64,000 bases of DNA, taken from Takakia lepidozioides (lineage: Eukaryota; Plantae; Bryophyta). How positions within the stretch are numbered: the stretch's first letter is position 1; each line of letters opens with the position of its first letter. Location: assembly GCA_030704615.1 (NCBI GenBank), contig CM060731.1, positions 76,632,001-76,696,000 of the forward strand. Direction: 5' to 3'. A program made the translations under genes and the position numbers. Under the pieces are notes generated by a model that worked only from the letters and a program-made list of their open reading frames with translations, had not been told where the DNA came from and ran no database searches. Of this stretch, positions 1 through 12,430 are shown one piece after another.

Positions 1-765
1 TGGATAATACTTTGGACTAAAGAGCTTTGATGCATTGAAGACAAGAAGGTCAGGAAATCTCTCATTCAAGCTATCCACAACCGCTTGCACATACTCAGCT
101 CTCATTACCTTACATTCTTGCAACGTGTCCTCTCGATCAAAAATCCGTCCATGGTGCATAAGATGCATTGTACCGTCAAGGCCATTGTCTGCCCTCCATC
201 TTAAGGCACCATCAACCCAAGCTCCAGCCAAGAATGGTCCCAAATGCTTTGTCACTCGTCCAAAGTTGGGACCATGACCACAAAGAAAATGCCTCCTCAA
301 TATAGAAATGGTTGCATCCAAAGTGCATCCAATCATTGAAATATCAACCATGTCGTATTGAAATTTCCGATTCAACTTATTCAACTCCGCTAAAACATCA
401 ACCACAAGATGAAGCATGAATTGAAACTGGAAGGTGGTAGCTTGGCGATACCAATAAGCCTCCGTCACTTGAAAAGCGTCCAAAATGGCTGGCATGTAAT
501 ACAAAATCCGCTCCAACACCTGACCTCGAGAAAGCCATCGGACTGAGTGAAATTGTAGGATAGCTAGTGGCTCCAAATCAAATGATTCCATGAGCCCTTT
601 GAGTTCTTTCCGTCGGTTACAACTCCTTCCTACCCATTCATACACTTTGTTAGCAAATTGATCCAAGACCTGTAACTCGGGCACTGCCTTCAACGCATCA
701 CCTGCTGCTAAAGCCTCACGATGGCTATACAATGTGTGTTCACCAAAGTAGGAAGAATCAAAGGT
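1..765 (-). pseudogene. hAT-superfamily (ZNF862-like) transposase fragment, frameshifted
   Basis: The minus strand reads THCIA[H]REALAAGDALKAVPELQVLDQFANKVYEWVGRSCNRRKELKGLMESFDLEPLAILQFHSVRWLSRGQVLERIL, containing the hAT CxxH and RW motifs. There is a 1-nt deletion in the CxxH motif near 722. It runs off the window start. Confidence 0.8.
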
Positions 766-1029
766 AGGATTGGTGATGAGGTACGTACCTCGAGTGTATA
801 TGGTACCAGGGTGGAGAGTGTATGGAAAAGCCCTCTCACTTGGTGATGATTACTTCCTTAGAGGCTGGACCAACGTACCAGGGAGCTTAGATTAATTATA
901 CATGAGTGTTCACTATTTAATTCATAGATCACTTGGGAGGCAATGATAACAAATTTAAGAGGATCTTGCCCTGGAGATATTTGCTCAAGTACTAGGTGCT
1001 ACCAACTGTACCAGTGAACCACATTACCT

Positions 1030-1450
1030 TTGTACCAGCGTACCTTGAGAGGTGGCTTGGAGGCTTGCTTGGAGACTGGCTGGAGTACGCACAAGAGCTC
1101 AAGACCACCGTACCTACAACGTACCAGCGTACCTCAATACCAACGTACCTTGAGAGCTTGCTTTGGAGGCTTACACATAAGAGCTCAAGACCACCGTCAC
1201 TATAACGTACCAGTGTACCTCAATACCAGTATACCTTGAGAGCTTGCTTGGAGGCCTGGAGTAGGCACAAGAGTGAGGGCAACTCGCAGGTTTAGGGCTT
1301 AGGAGGGGCTTGGTGAGGCTACCCTAAGTCCAATAACTATTCATAATTTGTACACAAGGAAGGGCCCTGGTGAGGCAACCCTAAGTCCAATAACTATTCA
1401 TAATTTGTACACAAGGAATGACCTTGGTGAGGCTACCCTAAGTCCAATAA
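1030..1450. repeat. Minisatellite-like tandem repeats inside the hAT element
   Basis: A 57-bp unit (tggtgaggctaccctaagtccaataactattcataatttgtacacaaggaa...) starts at 1311, 1368 and 1425. Imperfect gagagcttgcttggaggc...aagagctcaagaccaccgt repeats lie at 1045-1270. Confidence 0.85.
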
Positions 1451-1663
1451 TTTTTCACCTTTCAGGCTTTGGGAGACTCTCCTAGTGGTCTTAGTAATAA
1501 AATTACCCCTAATTATCAGAAATTTCTGCCTTTCTTTTGACAGGCTATTTTTTTTTTGACTTTTACTGTGACATGCATTTTTTTTCCCGTTGCCTTTCTT
1601 TTGACAGGCACAATTTTTTTTTGCCTGTCAAATGTCTTGTGACAGGTGCAAAAATCAGCCTTG

Positions 1664-2968
1664 CCTGCAATCTATGTCCCCTCCCCACTCTGCATCGCAC
1701 GAGCCAGAAACAATTATTTCGGGTTGTGATCCGGAGTATTGAAGCCAAAAGTCTTTTATACCTTGGAAGTACCTGAAGATTCTTTTAACAGCTTTCCAAT
1801 GAATAGCTCGTGGTACTTTAGTGAACTTGCTCACAACTCCAATTGCTGTAGATATGTCAGGTCGAGTGGCGATCATGGCATACATGAGGTTACCTATAGC
1901 TTCACTATAAGGCACTCCATTCATATCATCAGCCTCTTCTACTGTCATGGGCTCGTCAACCTTGGAAAGCTTGCAATTGATACCGAGTTGGGGCGTGCTT
2001 TTCGACTTGCACTCTTCCATACCGAAATGTCGGAGAACATCTCTTATATATTTTCCTTGACCCAAACTAATGATTTTGTTCCTTCTGTCGCGGATGATCT
2101 GGATACCCAAACAATATATACATCCCCCAGATCCTTCATTTCAAACTCATGACTAAGAACTTCTTAACCATGTTTATGGACCGAATGCTTTCACTTAAGA
2201 TGAGAAGGTCATCAACGTAAAGTGCTCGAAACACAGACACAACATTTTCCTCTCTGAATAAGTAAACACTTTGATCTGACCCACACCTTTTGCAGCCAAG
2301 TTTATGAAGTGATGTGTTGATCTTTGCATTCCAAACCCTCTCTGCTTGCTTTAGGCCATATATAGCCTTCTTCACTTTGCACCCAAGTCTTTGTCATCGG
2401 AGACTTCATAGCCGATGGGTTGGACCATATAAACGTCTTCTGTTAGGTCTCCATTCAGAAAAACACTTTTCACGTTCATCTGGTGTATTTCGAAATTGCA
2501 GATTGCCCCAAGGATAAGCAAAGTTCTGATAGAGGAAAATTTTGTCACTGGTGTGTAAGTCTCATCAAAATCAACGCCCTTTGTCTAGACAAATCCTTTT
2601 CCTACCAATCTCGCTTTGTATCGATCCACGTCACCATTTGTTTTTTGCTTAATTTTGAAGATCCACTTGCTTCCTATGGCCCTCTTTCCCTCGGCTGACT
2701 GCTTCCACAATGATCCATCTTTTCTCGACAAAGCTTCAGAAATTGTTAGTGGCTCGTCTGTAGTCACCATGCAAGCAAAGTCTAATAGACTTGAAGGTGT
2801 TCATTTGATCAGCCGAGCAGATTTTCTTGTGAGCACTGTTACCTCCTTTGAAGGTGTTTCCTTAGTCCCTTGTTCACGCTTTCGTGTAGCTAGTATATTT
2901 TGCCTAGGCACAGGCTGGGAGTCCTCGATCAAAACAGGCTCGGCATATCAAGAGGCTTGTGTTATAGT
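1664..2968 (-). mobile_element. Ty1/Copia LTR-retrotransposon reverse-transcriptase remnant (degenerate)
   Basis: Broken ORFs give EPLTISEAL..WKQ, RYKARLVGKGF, KKAIYGLKQA.RVWN, LYVDDLLI, YSEAIGNLMYAMIATRPDIS and SCDAEWGGD. It has frameshifts and an internal deletion, and is cut at both ends by other elements. Confidence 0.93.
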
Positions 2969-4299
2969 CCCTACTAGAAGTGGTGGGACTTTTCAGGGTA
3001 TTCCCATGTAGACATATGTAGAAGAATGAGACTTATATATTCCCATGGATATGTAGGGAATATTTGGGAATGAAGTCTCTTCAACGGGACAACAAAAAAA
3101 GTACAAAACTTATATACGGGAACATTTTTTCAGATGATAAAAGATAATTTTATAAACGGGAAAGTTTTTATATTATGTACTTCAAAGTTGATAAGATAGG
3201 TTGATTTGACAACCCTCATTCGCGGAAAATCTAAAGCTGTCTATGTACCAATAAAATTTTGTTATTTCACCACGTAATCACCTGCGTAGAAACTTGGATA
3301 TATTTTCAATGATGGGTGAAAGTTCCCCGAGCTCGAGTGTTGAGCTTCAGTGGCGCGAGCGTGGAGCTGCTTCACTCAATGATCACAGTTTGTTATCTCT
3401 ATTGTCGTAGGCCTTCATCATCCCATTCTTTTTTAGATCGATGTAAGATCTTATGAAGTGTCATGTTTTACCCTTTTCTGCTATGTTCCATTTCCATTGT
3501 TCTGTTGTCTAAACTTTCCATTCCAGATTTTATTCTCCATAAGCTTAGAGAACTGTGCTTTCAGTTATTTTGTTTTGTTTGTGAGAACTTCTATGTCACT
3601 ATTCATGCATATGTGTAGATGAGTTAGAATGATGAGTGGGGGTAAGAAAAAAAAGTGGGGTGTGACTGTACTTATAAGTGCAGCCATAAACCATGAGGGT
3701 TAAATGATTATATACCACTAAGTACATACTCCTAAATCTGTAAAATCATGGTTCTCGTCAGAAGTTGCATTATGCAATGGAAGAAGTGCTGGTACTCCCA
3801 TAAATACTCTGTTGAGGGTATCAAGTGCCATATATTTATAGAATGTTGAACGACCAACAATTTTTTTTTCCATCACAAAACCTGCATGAACATAATAATC
3901 TATTTCCATCCACGTCTACATTTCTATCTTGTCTTTCCATAGAAGTATCAACATTACTTCCACCAGCTTCTCATTGCCTTCCTGTTTGATTATCATCTTC
4001 ATGTCTTCCCCTATTTGGCTAATCCTTCCCAAGGTTGACACCTCCATTTCTAACAAATTGAATATTTTCAGAACTATCGACAATATTCAAGCGATGTAAT
4101 TGATAATATGTATCATCCCAGCGTAGTATATTTTATTCTCATGGTTTCATGGTATGACGAATGTGGAAGATTTCAATGGGGTGATAGATAGTGGAAGATT
4201 ACCTCATCGGCATGATGTCCGAAGGGATTTTACATGAAGTCCACCTCTTCATTTTAGAAATGAAGTTTCTGTTCAATCAGGACTAACTCTAAAACATAG

Positions 4300-7200
4300 T
4301 ATCTTTTTCATATTATTCAGATGCAAGCAGATAAAATTTATACATAGTTCCCATTGAACTCCAAGATCTTATGAAGAGATTATTGGGGACACTGACAAGT
4401 ACGAGCACCCATGAAATACAGACAGATGATTACAGGAGCAAGTCATCAAGGGAATTACTTTGTCAAGCACCAGGGACTGGATTGGAGATTTAGACGGCTT
4501 ACAAGTACCAACCTCCTTCAAACAATTTTCAAGTATTTACAGTTCATTGGGAATGGTCAATCCAATGAGATGGAAGTTATGTACTGGAACATCAGCTGTA
4601 CCACATATTCCTTACCTCATGCAACCATCTCGGGAAGATATTTATGAAGGTCAGAATATCCTTAAGTGTGGGTGTTTTACCAGTGGAACGACAAATAAAG
4701 CGTCATTAAAAAAAATTGTGAAAATTGTTGTGAAAAATGTGAGATCTGTGGAAGAGGAAGACAATATGCATTATCTTTTGATTACTTACCTTTCACTGTA
4801 TGGAGCATTGTGTCAAAGTAGAACCCATTGCCATGAATTTCTTACAACGTGGACCGTCGTGGAGAAACATCATCTCAAGATCCCAAGTCACGGATTTTTA
4901 ATAAAATCCGTGCGGATTTCGCCGTACAATGTATTTGAACTATATCCGTGGGATTGGACGTATCTTAATGGCACATAAGTGCCATCCATCACTGTAATGC
5001 GAAAGCCGTGTCATTGTAATGTTTGACGCAATAATATTAATTACACACGAAATCCGTGTGAGACGAAATCCGTGCGACAATTGCACGTTAGAGATGGAAG
5101 GCGGACAAAGCACGAATTGCACCCAATGCAGATTTAGTATCAATTTGGTATCACATTAGAGCCTTGCAATGATTCCGTGTATTTTCAACACTCCTTAACT
5201 TTGCGACAAATAGTCGTGCGGAATCCATGCAATATGGTTCATTGACGATAGTCATGTAGATTCAGAACCAAATTAGGGCTAGCAGTTGCTCAGGTTTTTG
5301 CCTCCTAGTTATCTGCTTACATCAGAAGAACAACCAGAAACTATTCTTTACTTGTCACAAAACATTTCGAGCGTTCCCTACAATTTATAAGTGTAAAGAA
5401 ATGCTCGATGGGTGGGATTCCCAACAAAATGAATATATATTTTCTTGTCCCGATTGTTCAACATTGGTGAAAGGGAAAAGAAAACTAGTACAGGGTGATC
5501 CAAGAAATATTGCACTCATGGCTCACTGGGATGGATTCTAAGCTGTAAAACGATTGTGAAAGATAGTTGGACAGTTGAAGTTGTGGTTATGAGTGGTGGA
5601 AAACTATCCTCTTTGGGACTTATCCATGTTTTATTTATTCCCTACAAAAGCCAAAGAAAAAAATTAAATATGTCGAGTTTTTTTTTGGAGCCATTCATTA
5701 GGGAACTTCATACAACTTTTGTGGATGGATTTGAAGTTGAGTATGGATATCCATCAAAGTTGATTTCTCGACACCTTCCATAGTGTGAAGCAGGGGCTAC
5801 AATTCGGTACTACTCTTCACACACATTATCCATTTTAAAGCTAAAGTAATTAAGTTTGATAGTTAACTAGTGAAACATTTCATTCTACTATGGAAATGGC
5901 CCATTTCAACTATTGAAATGATCATTCCAATAGTAAGATGGCTCATTTGAAATATTAAAATGATATTTGATATTTTTTTGAGTTTTTCTTTTTAACTTGT
6001 GATGATATACTTGACTTTTGGGATCAATTTTTTGGATACATGATGAGGGCTTGTTTGATGCTTTTTACTGGTGATCACCCGGCGCAGTGTAAAGTTGGTG
6101 GCCTTAAGGATGGGGGCTATTCTGCTTGCAGGAGACATCATTATATGGCTGAAAAAGTTAACACTAGTGCGAGGGTTATTGTAGGTGCTTTAGTTGAGTA
6201 TACAGAAAACCGAAGGCAAGTAACGTATCCACCACCGAAGAGGGCAATCGAGAATATGTACGATGGAATGGTGGAATTTAAACAAGCTTCAAATACACTG
6301 GAAAAGCAAAATGCAAGTAAAAATGAGGAATTCCTGGACCCTCCATCCTTTGGCGTTTATATGATTTGTACGGATTTAATATTTCAACAGATTTGGTGTT
6401 TGATGCAATGCACACTTTGGCCCTCTGTGTACTGAAGAAGTATACGGAATTGTTTATTGGTGCTGTTGCAAAAACACCATCTGAAAAGGCAGAATTGGAG
6501 AATGCATTGAGTATAGCTACAATTGCTAGACCACAAAATTTGGGTTCAAGATGGCCACAATTTCCTACAACCCGTCGAGGATTTTGGAAGGCAGAAGAAT
6601 ATCAAAATTTTGTTATGTGGTGTCTCTCATACATACTAGATCATATGGGTATTACAAAAGACTCAATCTTGGGTGGTTTGGGGTTGCTCTTTATTGAAGT
6701 ATGTCGATTTTTTTATACACATACTAGAGAAGCAAGTTGGACAAAAGAAAGTTTGCAGGTGGCACGTACACTTCTCATTGCTTGGCGTGTGAGATCAGAG
6801 GGGTTTCGTATCCAATTCATCCACATTGGAGCATGTGACAGGTACTCTATTATGACCTATTAATTTAAAGTTATATTATAAATTTGATATATTTATTATT
6901 TATTTGTCATATGTGGTGCAGGAAGTGGAGATATTTTGGATGACGTTATAAGACATGGAAGTCATGATATGTACCAGTGGTGTTATGCATTCGAACGTGA
7001 AGTAAAGCATTATGTGAGTATTTCTACCAACCATAAGTTAAATGAAATTACGTATACCAAATTTCATGCTCGATCATGGTTCACCCATATTTTTATTCAA
7101 CTATAAGAGGAAAAAGAGGCATTTTTTCAGAGTAGAGGGTAACTAGTTTTTCATAAGGCTTTGGTACAACCTTTTAATTGGAGGCAACATGAGGTAGAGG

Positions 7201-8500
7201 TGGGTTGTATGGAGTGGCATACACACTGTGTGATGGTAGTTTCATCGCAAGAGAAAGCCAGAATGATATGGAATTTGGTGAAAAATTTGACCAATTTCAA
7301 AGTACATGTCTGGAAATGATCCTAAAAAAAAACACACTGTCGGACGAAAACGGCCTCAAAGGATAAAACTGACGGAGGAAACAAAGTCATATTTAGAACA
7401 ATATTGGAAAAATCGAGGAGTTCTCACTGATCACGATTGGAGTAGCTTTGACGACAACATTGTATATTCGAAATTTTTATTACATAGGGGAAACAATTAT
7501 AGAGTGGGAGACAATGTTGTGCTCAAACCAAAATGAGGAATTGTACATCATGATTGGGTATGGAAGGGCAAAATTACATCTTTTTTTAGACACGAATGTT
7601 CTAGTGAAATAAGTCTAGTGTTTTTTCAAGCTGAGTACTATAAGCAAGTTCTTTCATCTGAAAATGGTGATAAAGTTTTGAATCACTATTTAACTTTAAT
7701 GCATATTCTTCATCCAAAAGTTGGGAGATGGATTGGAGATGATATTCGACCAGTGGAACAGATTATGTACAAATTTATTATTTTTCCTATCTGTGGTAAT
7801 GGGTATGAAAGAGGAGGACTAATTTCAGCATATGAGTTGAAAGATCCAACCCCGAGGTATCACTTGCTACAACCAGGGGAGCCCGGGTGTGTTCCTCCTT
7901 GGCTAGAGGTTTATGATATTCTACTTGTGAAGCACCCCCACTTGGAGTGCTGGAGATGATTTCCAATATGGTGTAGTGCTAATTTGAGCAACCAACAGAG
8001 GTAAATACAGATTGCTCTTCCAATATTGGGACTGTCGAAACTTTTCGTATATGTATATTAACTGGAGTAGGTGTTAGGCCTTTTAAACGTTTAAAAACCT
8101 CCCATCCAATAGTTACATTGTCATTTGACTCTCTTATTACCATTCTCGTGGGGTTTCGTCCAGTGAAATTTAGACAAAATACTCCAATGTGGGAAGGAGG
8201 GGAAAAAAATAACACATTTTCATTTATGGGCCATGAAGCTGGCTGCACATATGACAAACAACCCCAAGGCAGATCTACCACGAATAAGCCACACAAATGT
8301 GGGAAGGACAGGGGGTGGCCAACATGGTACCCAACATTGCAACTAAGTATTGCTACCTCTCTCAAAACCAATTGTTCCCAGCCCCTTTTGCTAGGTCTGA
8401 TAACGTCTACACCAGTGTTGTACTGGTATCAGATTATACTAAAAATCAATTGGCTGGTCTGATATATATAATGGTATTAGATTATAGGTTTGAATCGTAT
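4300..8500 (+). pseudogene. CACTA/En-Spm (Transposase_21/Tnp2-like) transposase, disrupted, followed by a BAH-like segment
   Basis: Motifs seen: QGDPRNIALMAHWDGF* (about 5490-5541), FFLEPFIRELH, RACLMLFTGDHPAQCKVGG..GYSACRR, VFDAMH, FWKAEEYQNF, WCYAFEREV (about 6978-7004), then YRVGDNVVLKP...FFQAEYY...IRPVEQIMYKF. Several stops and frameshifts, with AT-rich introns. Confidence 0.8.
4852..5253. mobile_element. Small insertion (MITE-like) interrupting the CACTA transposase
   Basis: Degenerate inverted ends GACCGTCGTGGAGAAACAT / ATGGTTCATTGACGATAGTC. It has repeated AAATCCGTG motifs and a CACGGATTTT..AAAATCCGTG hairpin at 4889-4912. The TSD is unclear. Confidence 0.4.
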
Positions 8501-8519
8501 GGTATGCAATTTTCTTTTT

Positions 8520-8980
8520 GGTGATACCATCCCAATATATGCAAGTCCAAGGGTCAGGCCTTTGGGTAGCAAACAAGGGAATACCAATGGGTATTCTTAG
8601 AGCAAGGGGGGAGTCCTCGGAGGGTATTTAGGAGGACATGATGTGAAACTCTGGAGGAGATACAGGCTGCCCTTGAAGAGCAAGGCTGAGAACATAGCAA
8701 GCTATGTGACTCAGAGAATATTCCTTAGCAAGTGCCAAAAAGAGGATTCTAGGTTGGGTGGGTACCTTGCTCATACACTGTTGATGTAGAGACTGGTTTA
8801 CTATAATAAGACAGGATTGTGACAAGCATCAAAGCAGGTGACTGTGATAGTCTATCATCAGATATATAAAGGTTTTTTATACGGAGTCTAGGATGTTTCT
8901 GAGTCTAGGACCCATGAATACAAAGCCTTTGGAGGTGACAGATCCACGCTCTTTGCATGCAAAACCATTCACATGATATT
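8520..8980 (-). pseudogene. Germin-like protein fragment (third copy of the local array)
   Basis: 8905-8978 reads HVNGFACKERGSVTSKGFVFMG on the minus strand, near-identical in nucleotides to germin exon 1 at 18908-18972. A weak GLTLGLA remnant lies at about 8540-8560. Confidence 0.6.
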
Positions 8981-11695
8981 CTAGTGTCAAGTTCAGAATC
9001 AAATTCGACAGGAGAAAAAAGAAGAACGGTAGCGGAAGGCGGAGCGGAGGGACCGCGAGGCTTTACGGTCACCCAGCCGAGAACTATTGTTTGTATTCTT
9101 TAGTTGTGAAGGAGACTGTAGTTGGAACTGTTACACGAGTTTCATTTTGGCTAAAGGTGGCTGAACGATTTGTGGCATCTGCAGGGCCGGGAGAGGCTGT
9201 TTACCTAAGTTACAACCATCGGTTCATCTCTTCCTATCACACCTCGGACTGGGAGAAGTCTATGATAAACCCCTCCGACAGGTGAAGGTTTCTTGGCCTG
9301 GTGTTTTCTTAACTGCAAAGAGTTCCGCCATCAGTGGTAACCGACGGCGCTCTCGCACATATGCCTTGAATGTGAGCTGTTTGGGAAGCAACTCTGTATT
9401 ATTGATGGATTAAACTATTGGCATATTCATTCATCACATGTAACACAATTAATGTTCTATAAGCTCCTATGGGTCTGAATGTTGGACAACGAAGTTTGAG
9501 ATGAACCACGCGCGATTACGCGTGGTAGTGTTATCAAATGTTATCAAAACAAGATGACTTCATTATTAGTGGAGGCTGAAATAGATGAGGCTGGAGGAGT
9601 TTGTTGTGTACTCAATCCACACCGAAGATGTTGTCAGGTGGTCCGAAACGGATTGTGGAGGCATTCAAAAGTACCCCATAATATTTCAAGAGAACGAATT
9701 TTACGATGTTTGCATAATATGATGGGGACCAACTGACAGGGTCATCGTCTATGACTGAATTCGGGATGCATAACACGTAATTCAATCACCCATGATGGTT
9801 GTTTCATTTGGTCCTAGACGAATTGTGGAAGCTTTGTAAATTCCATATCTTTAAATGGATTGAAGTAATTTTGGCTGCTTCCAAAATCCCTTCCACAGGA
9901 ACTGACAACATCCTCGTGGTTGATTGAAATCGGGTTCCACACCGTTCGTTTTGGTTTTCCATGGTGGTGGAGTTCGCGCAATCACGCGTGGTTCGAAAAG
10001 CGGACTTCATCGGCGTTCTGGAACTCCAGACGAGTGCCTCAGAGTAATATTATCTCAGCAGTACCACTTGTGATTGCTCGGTGAGGCTGTTTTGATGTAT
10101 ACGCAATCCATAACGAAGATGCCGTCCTTTAAGGCTCGGAGGATTATGCAGGCATAATAAGTCACTTCAGGTCAGTTATAGAGAAGGAACTTAAGATATT
10201 TGCATAATCTGTCCTGAACTATATGACACCATCATCCTGGGTGATTGATTGATGTGTTTCATAACACACACTCAAATAATCCGGGGTGATGGTGTCACTT
10301 GGTCCTTTGGCGGATTGTGCAAGCATCTTAAATTCCCAGTCTTTAATTGGTTTGAAGTCATTCTCCCTGCTTGCATTTTAATCCAATCTTGAACAAATGA
10401 CAATATCCTCGTGGTGTATTGTTTTGGTTTCAATAGCCTTCATTGTGGAGTTTCATTATTGTTTTAAGGAATACAAATGGTTAACATCGCGCGATCACAC
10501 GTGGTTCAAAGAGCTGACATGTTCTGTAGTCCATCATTGGACATCAAAATGGTATTACGAGGAGGCAAAATGTCAAAGTTGGAACGTCAATCTCCAACGT
10601 CTTTCTCATCGTTTTCATGTGGACGGAGAATCATCGGAGGAACACCGTCGCAAACAATCTCAACAATCATATGTACTTATTTGGTTCACATATTTCATTG
10701 ATTTGCCTTGCACGTTACGTAGTAACGACCTTCATAAGCTCAGCCGCGATTATGAATATGACTAAGGCATAAGGCGCTCCAAGCATCCATCAGGCCGTGG
10801 GGCATGAAGCAAGTTATCACCCGCCACCCATGAAGCAAAATAATTTCCAAGTTCAACCTCAAAACATGGCGTGGTTTAGTATATCATCCATTTTATCTCA
10901 TTCAACTCTTACTAAACGTTGAATGAACAGTGGAAGTTATTTTATGAACCAAATATAAACTGTTTTTTCTCCTGAAGTTTATATGTTTCTTCATTGCTCA
11001 TATTATATATTAATAGACAAATAATTATTTATATTTGTACATTTATATTTAAAATGATCCATATTAATTTATTTAAATGATTAAAAAAAATACATATTCA
11101 GTTATTTCTCATTATTTCTAGACCAAACTTAAGTCCAGATTTACTTAAAATTGGGTTATAAAGTAAATTAGTCGATCTTCCATTAAATTGGCATAGGGAA
11201 GGTGGAGCATTTTTTGCCCACAATATTAGAATTATGATATAATTGTTGGTTTACATTTGATAATTTGTCAATTCTTTGTAAATTGACGTATTTCAAATTT
11301 AATAAAAATTTATCTCTTTCTAAAATAGATTTTCTACCATAATATAATACAATAAATAAATTAAATCCAAGAGTAAATAATAAAAAAATTAATACCATTT
11401 TGGTATTTCTAATATATTTGTCTATTATGTAATGTAACATTCATCAATCCATCCATTTAATGAATCCATCCATTCATCCATGTAATTATTACTACCATAA
11501 AAAAATTCCCATCTACATAATTAATCAATATTTCCCCTTTAAAACTTCCCATGTGGCCAACCTACAAGTAATTCCCAATTAGAACTCTACAAGTTCCCAT
11601 ACTAATTCCCATAAGAACAAGTTCCCTACTACAACCATTCAAGTAATGTACTATTTCCCCATGGAGACATCTCGGGGACATTAATACAAACCCCT

Positions 11696-12430
11696 TGTGG
11701 ATGAGTTAATGCCACCTGCAAACAAGCCCGCCCCCAGCTGATGAGTAACTTGCATGATCTGCAAGCCGCCCTTAAACGTAGGATCTATCCTGCAGCTGCC
11801 TCCAGTGTCCACACAATTCGGAGTCCACACAGCTGCCTCTAGTTGTATCCAAAAATCCAATTTCTACCCAGGATCAGTCACCTTTCTGGGCTGGAACCCA
11901 TGGTTGACTGAAGAGGTAGCAGGGAAATGTCGTGTGATCCCAGCCTGAACTCTTGGTAATTCACACTCAGGGCCTTACAATTTGCAAGTAATTTCTCAAT
12001 CTTAGAACTTTTTGGACATTGTGAGGCAAAGTTACCAATGTTGGGCGGTTATTTGATTTTTTTTTCATAACCGGCGGTTCCGGTTGCTTCAACTATTAGG
12101 AAACTATTAACCACGGTTGCGGTTATTAAATTTTTTATGGCTAAATATAACCTCAGCGGTTACGGTTACTTGCAAAAACCTCAAATAACCGGTGGTTTTC
12201 ATCAAATAACCGCGGGTATTGGGTGGTTCTTTAAGAGGTTTTTTGCTCGGTTATTTGAATGCATAACCTCCGCCGGTTCCTAACTGGACCGGTTACTTCA
12301 TTTTTTCACCTCCGCCGGTCATATATATATATAACCGGATAGGTAACTGCTAGATAACTGCTGGGTATTAGAGAGAAATTCAAATAACCGCCCAACACTG
12401 AAAGTTACCCGGTACCCACACATCTTCCAT
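11696..12430. repeat. Duplicated segment homologous to 19350-19660 (germin upstream region)
   Basis: gccacctgcaaacaagcccg...ggaacccatggttgactgaag...gaactcttggtaattcacac...ggtacccacacatct is colinear in both places. This copy is interrupted by a MITE. Confidence 0.9.
12036..12400. mobile_element. Non-autonomous hAT element (MITE), 365 bp
   Basis: TIRs CAATGTTGGGCGGTTATTTGA / TCAAATAACCGCCCAACACTG, a perfect 8-bp TSD AAAGTTAC (12028-12035, 12401-12408) and internal TAACCG/CGGTTA repeats. The element is absent from the paralogous site at about 19625. Confidence 0.95.

Larger units (their letters stand above)
1..1663 (-). mobile_element. hAT DNA transposon, 5' part, inserted into a Copia element
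   Basis: The minus-strand terminus CAAGGCTGATTTTTGCACCTGTCAC starts at 1663, exactly where the Copia reading frame (..GGDIDCR) breaks. Repeated TGACAGG/CCTGTCA subterminal motifs lie at 1538-1646. The other end is outside the window. Confidence 0.6.
2969..11690 (+). mobile_element. Large CACTA/CMC-type DNA transposon, degenerate; right boundary approximate
   Basis: The left terminus CCCTACTAGAAG fits the CMC 5'-CMCWR consensus and truncates the Copia remnant. TTCCC/GGGAA-rich subterminal arrays occur at 2995-3125 and 11505-11680, and a Tnp2-like transposase lies inside. No matching right TIR was found. Confidence 0.55.

Noticed and set aside
1030-1450. 57-bp and longer repeats as a possible CRISPR array or telomeric tract (GGTTTAGGG at about 1289)
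   Set aside because: They are head-to-tail repeats without spacers inside a hAT element, and there is only one telomere-like unit.
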